Positions 32,807 through 42,315 of a DNA stretch of 64,000 bases are shown in pieces (position 1 is the stretch's first letter; each line of letters starts with the position of its first letter). Source of the DNA: Tubulanus polymorphus (taxonomy: Eukaryota; Animalia; Nemertea); the NCBI RefSeq assembly GCF_964204645.1, contig NC_134027.1, forward strand, positions 1,520,485 to 1,584,484, read 5' to 3'. The translations under genes were made by a program, and so were the position numbers. The notes under the pieces are model-generated. The model worked only from the letters and a program-made list of their open reading frames with translations. It ran no database searches and had not been told where the DNA came from.

Positions 32807-34707
32807 ATCAAAATGCTTTGGATTCATTGTAGCTGCTGCGGATATAGCAGAACAAATAATCAAGCAGAACCCACACCATATAGATGGTGTGGGTGTGATT
32901 TTTCGAAATCGCGAAAGAGGTAAGCCATCATGCTGTGTTATTCAAACTCTGGTAATGCAATGCAAGGTATGCTCCATAAAGAATATTTCCATTTATTATA
33001 AATGTTAGGGCCCCGAGTAAGATATAGATAAACAATATAGCGGTATTTTGTCAGGTAATTAAAGGGGTGCTTCAGCATTACTAAGAGACATTCACAACTC
33101 CTAAACTGCAGTAACTCATCCCGAGTTCTAAATATTGTTATTGTAGATCAAACTGCTATGGATTCATAAATGCTCCTGTTGATGTAGCAGAACAGATAAT
33201 CAAGGAAAACCCACACCATATAGATGGTGTGGGTGTGATTTTTGAAATCACAAAAGAGGTAAGCCATCATGCTGTGTTATTGCAATCCAAGGTATGCTCC
33301 AGAAATATACCGTTATTATAAATGTAGGGGATTCATGATCTGCCCCTTTCTGATGTAGATTTCATACCTATTTATATTTGTAAAAATTGTACTAGGCAAA
33401 TTCTCAAACCAACCCCCGGGTCCTGCTCCTGATGACGCCTATGTGGAAATAAAAACTGACATCACTTTAGTATTTTATACAACTTAACTTCTTATTTCTA
33501 CAATACACACTAGCACGCTACATATAATTCCATGTATTCTAACCGAGTATGCCAATGTGGCATTTTCTTTATAACAACAGATCCTCCTTTATTCGGTAAC
33601 CAAAAACCTGTATGTCTCCTGGAGAAAATACTACACACTTTGAGGTTAATCCTTTTAATCAAAAGTTTACTAAACCTACAACGTTTCACCTTTTTCCTAA
33701 CAGCCATCATCTGGTGTATGGGATTCATTTCAATCACATCCGTGAATTTGATATCAATAAATACTCAATACGTTCTAATACGATATTAATATTGTTATTG
33801 TAGGTCAAAATGCTACGGATTTATCGATGTGCCAAAAGATGTAGGAGCAGAAATAATGAAGAACAACCCACACCATATAGATGGTGTGGTGATTTTTCGA
33901 AATCGCGAAAGAGGTAAGCTATCATGCTGTGTTATTGCAATCCAAGGTATGCTCCAGAAATATACCGTTATTATAAATGTAAGGGCCCCTAGTAAGATAT
34001 AAACAAGAAAATTAATTCAAAAAAAATTATTTGACGCCTGCAAAAAAAATGTAGAATTTCTGGGATAAGCTTATGTGGAATTGCAAATTTGAAATCGAAA
34101 ATTTAAGAAATTTGGGGAATTATGAGATTTGGCGATTGGGTAGATGATACAGTTCTTCGACGTGGTTTAATTGTTTTTATTGAAAATTCTCAATAATTGA
34201 TTACGAACTTGCGACCGACTTCATTTACTTATGCCTCTAAGCGGGTCTGCAACTTCATTGCCTCCATGGGCCCTAAGGCAATTAAAGGGGTGCTTCAGCA
34301 TTACTAAGAGACATTCACAACTCCTAAACTGCAGTAACTCATCCCGAGTTCTAAATATTGTTATTGTAGATCAAAATGCTTTGGATTCGTAATCGCTGCT
34401 GTTGATACAGCAGAAATGATAATCAAGGAAAACCCACACCATATAGATGGTGTTGTTGTGGATTTTGAAATGGCGAAAGAGGTAAGCTATCATGCTGTGT
34501 TATTCAATCTCTGGTAATGCAATCCAAGGTATGTTCCAGATATAAAAAAACAATATAGCGGTATTTTGTCAGGTAATTAAAGGGGTGCTTCAGCATTACT
34601 AAGAGACATTCACAACTCCTAAACTGCAGTAACTCATCCTGAGTTCTAAATATTGTTATTGTAGATCAAAATACTTTGGTTTCATTGTTGAGGCACACGA
34701 TGTGGCT
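32807..34707 (+). repeat. B-cassette array 2 (32807-32919, 33147-33258, 33804-33913, 34370-34481, 34665-~34707 truncated)
   Basis: Same splice sites and spacers as array 1 with variant cores, e.g. SNCYGFINAPVDVAEQIIKENPHHIDGVGVIFEITKE. Confidence 0.85.
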
Positions 34708-35879
34708 GTATTTAGTAGGGGCAAGGGGAAATTTTGGAAAAGTGGCTTTTTGCAAATATCATTATATCCTCCTCACCAAAGAATATAAAGGTTAGTTTTT
34801 CACAAAGAGCAATATTCACAAAGAGGCATTAGTATTTTTTCCAATGGCAAAGTATTTTTTCAACAATTTTTGTGGTTTTTTGCATGGACTATGATGCCAT
34901 TTGCATTTAATTTTTTCTAATGTTCCTTTTCAATGTTCCTTTTTGATTGAGTGCCAGGACATGCCTAAGAGACTACTGATAGAACGACACGTAAAGCAAG
35001 ATCGCGGATCCAGTAAAAGTTTGAATGCTTCACCAAATTATTCTATTTGAAGTAACTATCAAAATTTTGAGATGCCAATTACCAAAGGCGCCATCTTTGA
35101 ACATAAACAAACGGTATCTGGGTAACGAAAAACAACCGCCACATTTTGATTGAGTGCCAAAGAAAACTGTAAAGCAAGATCGCAGATAATTTTGACTGCT
35201 AAAATATTAAGGTTTGTTCTTCACAAAGAGGCATAAGGAATCAACCCCAATGGCAAAGCATTTTCAACAATTTTTGTTGTTTTTTGGCGTGCGAGACTGT
35301 GGACTATGAATTTTGATGCCATTTGCATTCTAATGTTCCTTTTTCAACACGCCTAGCCTGGATTTTTACAGGATCGACACACTTCGCCAGAAAACGACAT
35401 TCGTTCCTGCATGAAAAACTAAGCTAAAAATCAATCACAGACTCCAGTTTCACAGAGCAGTTTCACAAAGTCCCTTTAATTACAATTAAATCACTAAATC
35501 ATCATCATATTTGAATTGTCATTATTAATCTTAGGCCATAAGTTGGTAATAAAGCGTTAACTTTATCATAATTAAGTCAATGACAAGATTTAATTCTCTC
35601 ATGCTGACTCAAATTGCTGACATCCCCAGGGCAGTAATAACTGATCAATTTCCATTGTTTAAAATTTCAAGCATTATTTACCATTGAGAGAAGGGTCAAT
35701 TTTTTGTTCCCTATTTGTGCTAACTAGCATTCCTCATTTATTTAGTGTGTCTGATCTGCTACTGCTTGAAATGAATCATATCGTGTGATGGAAAATTACT
35801 ATAAACATCAAGAAAAAACTAGTTGTTGCAATTATTCTAATAAATAGAAGTAATGAAAATAAACACGTCTGCATGTGAC

Positions 35880-36240
35880 GTATGTGTCCACGTAGGAAAA
35901 CCTAAATATAGCACAACCACGAGCTCCGCTGAGTGCAGAATGTATTTTTAGGTTATTGTGATGCGTGTAAGTACATCAACACTCCATACATGGGTTGGAG
36001 GAATGTTGTGACGCATAAATACCTCACAATCCGTGAATTCTAAGCTATGTGTGGTCAAGGGTCTGCACGAGCTACTAAAGAGTAAAACAATATAAAAGGA
36101 CACCGGGAGACATCAAAAGACTGGAAAGAGAACAGCCGGGGAGCGAGAACACATAGAAATAATAAAAGCATATTATTCACTGGAGAAGATTCTTCTAGCG
36201 TTCATTTTCTATGACCAGATAATTTAAACTACGGTATATG
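35880..36240 (+). promoter_or_regulatory. Promoter/leader module P3 (more diverged, partial)
   Basis: Homologous to P1/P2; TATAAAAG at 36091-36098. Confidence 0.5.
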
Positions 36241-37497
36241 TATATACCGTAGATATCCAAATGTCATCTAAAACCAAGGGATATTCATGCGTGTGTGTAT
36301 AAAAAGACTTCAATGCTACTAAGCGTTCAATAGAATATCACAGAAACGCCATTAGAACGGGAAGTTGATTCAATCACATAAAAATACTAATTAAGTGCTA
36401 TGAATTAAAAATATAAAAGTAAATGAAAATACATTCCCCAAATCCAAGACAAGAATCATGACCAAAATATAAATTACCTTCCCTACAAACTGCATGTAGT
36501 TCTGACTTATTTTTTTAATATAACTTCAAAAACAATGATGTTTTTAAGAAACAAGAGTTCAAGTTATAATTGTTCGTTTGCCCTTTTTGCTAACAGAAGT
36601 ACACACGATCATTTCGACTTTGCACATGGAGTGGACTAGATCGGTGTTGTGGAGTCCAGAACTCTCGCTATTCGCGATCTGATTTTAAACAAGTAAAATC
36701 GTTACCATATACTACTTGTATTCACCCGGTTGGTTTTTATTTTCATCATAAAAAGAAGGTATTAACTCTAGGCCTGGTCGGCAGCATTTTATTTTAACGA
36801 TTTTTACAGTTAATTTATCTGACCCGGCCGGGGAATTTGAAACAAGGTATCATTTTTTGGCCTAACAGCAAGCGCAAAGAAGCAATATTGAGAAAATTTA
36901 CAACCGCAAGCGGCCGATTTCTAAAACAGATGAGAATTCCGCGTGGATCCGTGGATTTTGGTACCGAAAAATAGAATTTTCCAAATAGTCTAAAAATGAT
37001 GTAAAAGATTGCTTCAAGTGCTCAGAAAACGCTTTAAATTTCGTTGGGGGAGCGCCAGAAAAAGCCATCAGCTTGTTCGCATGTTTAATAATGTTTAGTT
37101 CGAGTGTATAATTTTAAAAAATCCGCGGATTTTATAGGTCGGTGTTCTCATCCCTGATCTAACTTGTTTGATATTTTTGGCGTAGCACGCCAAGGCCACC
37201 CGTGTGCACCTAATTCTGCGGCCAGGATTTAGCCAGATTTGAATTCAATGTGCATGCATGAGATACTTGATTAATTGACCACTTGACCTACACTATTGAC
37301 AGGTGCAGTGCATGATGCTGCGTCGTTTGTTGCTGGGTAATTAAATTGCTGCGGCGTAGTTGTTGCGGCCGCTAGTGTGCGGCGGTCTTTAGTTATACTA
37401 CACAGGCTGCGAAAACATTAATCATTGAAATCGTCCTGCACTGATGTGGGCGCAGTATATCGGGGGTTGACTGTAATTTGTAAATTTCAAAACTTAC

Positions 37498-40138
37498 GTT
37501 CAGTCTCCTTGTAGCACTTCTTAGCCTTTCTTTTAGTGGCGTTCTGTCTGGGATCTGTAAGAAAATTCAGGGATTTACAATAAAATTCAATTCCTTAAAG
37601 ATCAAGTGTAAAAATAGCTTTTGTTTTTAACGAGAGATAATGGTAGATAAATACATAATTAATCGATTTTGAAATTTATGCTGTAATGAGTGATGGATTA
37701 TTGAAATATTAACGATTGAAAAGGAATTTTCACAATATGCAATGAGCTCGTGTAGACGCTACTTAATGCGAACACAGGTTTTCGTCGAACCCGGGTTTCA
37801 ATGTACATGAGCTAGAGTAGACGTGGTATTACAGATCAATTGACAACACGTTTGGGAAGAATAAAAGGTTAAAAATTAGAGCAATTCAATTAAAGGAAAG
37901 GAATAAGGTAGGAAGAAGAGATGAGGCAGTGATCAGAGGGAAATGTGGGTGAAATGTTGAAGGGTTTTAATGCCTCTTTGTGAAAAACTAACCTTTAAAT
38001 TTTCAGCAGCAAAATTATCCACGATCTTGCCAACCACAGGTGCTGCTGCTGCTACCAGTGCTGCTGGTTGCGCCGCTGCGGCTGGTGTTTTCTGTTCACA
38101 AAAAAATTAATCAAAAATTTTACTTAGGAAAAAATAAATGTTAATCGGGAACAGGCTTTCTCGAAACTTGAAGAGTGAGTGATTTCGGGTCCAAGTACAA
38201 TTCACATGAGTATGAGTATTAGTGCATCTTTCAAGTGAGTGATTTGGCTCACGTTAGCTCTTCATTGACAAGCTGACCAGTCAGTCAATGAAGTCAACAT
38301 TGACCAGTGTACAGGTCAAACTACAACTGATGATAACTACTTTAATTCAAACCACAAGAAAACTAGATTTTGCAGCCAAAAAATTCAGACAAAATACCGC
38401 TATATTGTTTATCTATATCTTACTCGGGCCCCCAATAATAACAGTATATATTCTTTATGGAGCATACCTTGGATTGCATTACCAGAGATTGAATAACACA
38501 GAATGATGGCTTACCTCTTATGCTAATTCGAATGTTACATGCACCCCATCTATATGGTGTGGGTTGTTCCTCATTATTTGTTCTGCTATATCCGCAGCAG
38601 CCATTGAAAATCCAAAGTATTTTGATCTACAATTACAATATTTAGAACTCAGGATGAGTTACTGCAGTTTAGGAGTTGTGAATGTCTCTTAGTAATGCTG
38701 AAGCACCCCTTTAATTACCTGACAAAATACCGCTTTATTGTTTTTTTATATCTTACTAGGGGCCCTTACATTTATAATAACGGTATATTTCTGGAGCATA
38801 CCTTGGATTGCAGTAACACAGCATGATAGCTTACCTCTTTCGCGATTTCGAAAAATCACCACACCATCTATATGGTGTGGGTTGTTCCTCATTATTCTTT
38901 CTGCTACATCCGCAGCAGCTACAATCCGTAGCATTTTGATCTACAATAACAATATTAATATCGTATTAGAACGTATTGAGTATTTCTTGATATTAAATTC
39001 ATGGATGTGATTGAAATGAATCCCATACACCAGATGATGGCTGTTAGGAAAAAGGTGAAACGTTGTAGGTTTAGTAAACTTTTGATTAAAAGGTTTAACC
39101 TCAAAGTGTGTAGTATTTTCTCCAGGAGACATACAGGGTTTTGGTTACCGAATAAAGGAGGATCTGTTGTTATAAAGAAAATGCCACATTGGCATACTCG
39201 GTTAGAATACATGGAATTATATGTAGCATGCTAGTGTGTATTGTAGAAATAAGAAGTTAAGTTGTATTAAATACTAAAGTGATGTCAGTTTTTATTTCCA
39301 CATAGGCGTCATCAGGAGCAGGACCCGGGGGTTGGTTTGAGAATTTGCCTAGTACAATTTTTCATATATTCACAAATAGGATGAAACCTACATCAGAAAG
39401 GGGCAGATCATGAATCTTGGATAAAGGCATGAAAAGTGCAGAAATTATCGCTGGTTTGATCAGAAAAAGCCGTCACTCAAACGCCATAAATATTTATTAG
39501 GACCGAGTCTCTTAGATATGGGGGCAAGGGTAGTAATTTGTCAGTTATTACCATGGACTCAGGTTGAGGATTTACCCCTTGGGCCACTTGACCCAGTCTA
39601 TAAAATGGGCACAGGTCTTATCCATGTGCAAATTACCCTTTTTGGCAAGGTTTGGTCCCACCTGTGGAAATCAACCTGAAATAAACCACATTAGCAGGGT
39701 CTTTTACAATCCAGGGTCATAGCTAGCATTTGAATTTCAGGGGGGGGGGGCAGAGAAACCCGAAAAATGGCAGTTCTATAGGATATAATAATATTTGCAA
39801 AAAGCCACTTTTCTAAAATTTCCCCTAGCCCCTACTAATTACAGCCCGGCAATCCACTCATTTTTTGTACAGTCAACCCCTGATAAACTGCTATCAGGTG
39901 TGATACAAGTGTTCGTAACATCTTACAACCTAAAATTCCTGATGACGCCTTTATTCCTTTATTAGGAAAATTAAACACATTTTAAATAAAAAGATCATAA
40001 ACTTACTGGTTTTTTCTATCTTTTATTACATACGCTTTTTTAATTTTTTTGTTATTAAAATATTTTTTCAGCGTACTGCCTGTAGTTTTTTTTGGCAATT
40101 TTCTTTGCAATTAATTTTACATTAGGATTACGTTCCAT
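37498..40138 (-). pseudogene. Inverted copy of the RRM gene in canonical exon order: A (40138-40007), B (38940-38835), B (38626-38515), D (38091-37993), C (37554-37498)
   Basis: Reverse-complement matches to the plus-strand cassettes; phases 0-2, 2-0, 0-0, 0-0; D = KTPAAAAQPAALVAAAAPVVGKIVDNFAAENLK. A has one extra A in a homopolymer, the first B has a 4-nt deletion, the second B has TAA just before its donor. Confidence 0.7.
39304..39950. mobile_element. TIR-bounded non-autonomous element in the A-B intron of the inverted RRM copy
   Basis: AGGCGTCATCAGGA ... TCCTGATGACGCCT terminal inverted repeats; single ends recur in A-repeat spacers and at ~33428-33441. Confidence 0.6.
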
Positions 40139-40188
40139 CTGTGGAATGAAGGAAAAAATTATGAATAAAACACAGCTGAACGTCATCC

Positions 40189-40390
40189 CGGTGCGATTCA
40201 AGAATAGGGGACTATAGTAATATATGTAGTGATAGTTATCAATTAAGTAATAATATTAGTAATTGATAATGATGATATATAATGATAGTAATGTACATAG
40301 TAATTAATGATAATTAGGGAACTAAACCTAACCCTAACCCTAATCCTAACCCTAATCCTAACCACTAGTCCCCTATTCTTGAATCATACC
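40189..40390. mobile_element. MITE with internal (CTAACC)n tract
   Basis: GATTCAAGAATAGGGGACTA / TAGTCCCCTATTCTTGAATC inverted repeats enclosing telomere-like hexamers at 40322-40363. Confidence 0.65.
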
Positions 40391-40789
40391 CTCATTTTTG
40401 GAGTCGTTAGGCCTATATCACCAGTGCCCCGTTCGGCCAATAATGTCATCTTGCTTTACGTCGGCCTGCAAATGGCGGCCTCGTGCAAAAAACAACAAAA
40501 ATTGTTGAAAATGCAATGGGGTTGTTTCCTCACCTCTTTGCGAAAAAAAGAACCTTTATATTCTTTGGTGAAGCAGTGTACCTGGCTGCGCTCATGACTT
40601 CTGCAGTGTTAGCCTATCAGTTCACTCTGGCTTGGCACTCCTCAATCAGAATGTGGCGGGTACTAAGTCGTACATTGGTCTGGTCAATATCGCATGGCTC
40701 ACAGCACCTTTACAAGTTTCGTTTCGGCTGACTAATTGAGCCAATAAGAGGCCGGCATTCGCCTAATAATAAGAAATGCCTCCTAATCC

Positions 40790-41130
40790 AAAGATTGTTC
40801 GAATAATAACACTGCACGCACAGACCCACTATTCAAAAATCTTGAAATCCTCACAATTAATGATGCCCTCATCCTCACTTTTTATTGAAAACACCATCAA
40901 ATCGTCACGGCCCCACATCTGATTACTCCACCGCAGAAAATGTGTCTCCTTTAGTCAACATCAGAAAAAAAACCATTCCTTTAGACCACGAGTTATATTC
41001 TTTCTTTTCAAAACAATACTGCCAACCCAGCATCGATCTTAAATTCACTCTCAAAATATTCTTTCAAACACTGCGACTACCTTTTTCCAATGACATCCTA
41101 CAAACAAGCGAACATACTCAGACCCTATCT
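40790..41130 (+). mobile_element. Degenerate LINE (CR1/L2/Crack-like) ORF2 3' remnant
   Basis: Translation NNTARTDPLFKNLEILTIND resembles the 'HTxPLFxxLxILxxxD' motif found after the RT domain of such LINEs; remainder disrupted. Confidence 0.4.
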
Positions 41131-42014
41131 CGAATGCAGGAAAAATTGGCCAGGAAAAAAATGGCCAAGGAATGAACAAATTGCCAAGGTACCGGTATTT
41201 GCCTCGGAAAAAAAGGCCAAGGAAGCCTTGGCCATTTTTCCGTTCACTCCCTATCTCACCTCCGCCTACAATGATTCCATCAATGTAATTAAACCCTAAT
41301 GGCTCATTTTCCTGAACTTGCACTAGTTTATATCTTATTAGTTAGTTACCTAATCGTAGGTGGTAAGCTTTTTATAATCGGATGAGCTTAAACGTATGTG
41401 GTTTGTGAAAATATCCGATCGTGACACTAAACCACAGTCAGGTTACTGACTAATATCTTATACTCATATCTAGACTCTCCTGAAATTTACGAAAATTATC
41501 AACTCTCATTTCCTTTCCCTTTGTTTCTTCATTTTCCTTTCGTTTTTTTTCTGGGTGTTTGCGACGACAGCGGCCTATAAGGCTTTGCTAGGCCCACTAA
41601 GAAAGCTACCTCTGTTTATATTGGAGGGACTAGAAAGAAACGTTCACGTTGACTTTCTTTCTGGTCTTAAGTAACTTGTTTCAACAATTTATTCGGTGGC
41701 CGCCTTCCATCATGCGAGGTAATATAACGAGAATCCCTCAATAATGAAGAAGAATAGCTCAGTCGGCCGATTCTTCTCAGAGTCCGGTTTCGACTGGATG
41801 CAGATGCAACGCGTTGTTATTGAATCTTTCACACGTCATTAGACACAATGAGCCTTTCTCCCTCGTGGCGAAGCTTTAAACATTACACATGCTTCAAAAT
41901 AAAAAAATACTTTTATTTCGGAATTATTTGATGATTTACGGACATTGCGAAATGTAGTCTAATATTAATTATTAACCTAATTAGCCGTTGTATTGTAGGG
42001 AACCGTAACAACGA

Positions 42015-42181
42015 AGGGCCACCTTCGGTTTTCTGAGTTAGTCGACTATAGTCGAACTAAACGAAACCGAATGTCTGTTAGTCGGAACTATACTCCGGAA
42101 ATAGTTCGAAAATCGAGCGCATTCGGTTATTAGTTCCGACCACTAGTCGACTAGATAGATACGAAAACCGAATTTGGCCCT
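42015..42181. mobile_element. Fold-back MITE immediately upstream of FCSK (partial copy at ~9110-9173)
   Basis: AGGGCCACCTTCGGTTTTC / GAAAACCGAATTTGGCCCT TIRs and internal inverted symmetry; left part matches 9110-9173. Confidence 0.7.
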
Positions 42182-42315
42182 GCGAAATGCAGAATAATCA
42201 TTCCGGGAATCGAACCTAAATATGCGGAAGTTATTGTCAATCAAAATTAAGTTTATTGAATCTAAAAAACCAAAAGTAAGCTTTTGGCTTAGGCCTATAT
42301 CTGTTGAAATCTATA

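Noticed and set aside
33429-33455. CTGATGA...GAAA hammerhead-like motif (also at 39295-39315 on the minus strand)
   Set aside because: Coincides with a transposon TIR; weak stem II and no stem I/III or NUH site
33510-33803. Overlapping 63-85 aa ORFs duplicated at 38941-39234
   Set aside because: Intronic part of a recent inverted duplication; no domain or clear splice signals, and the identity reflects recent copying
27737-34707. CRISPR-like alternation of conserved repeat and variable spacer
   Set aside because: Eukaryotic context, units of 285-340 bp, the variable parts are homologous exons, and there are no cas genes
40322-40363. Telomeric (TTAGGG)n-like tract (also 10722-10742)
   Set aside because: Short, degenerate and internal to a TIR element; not a chromosome end
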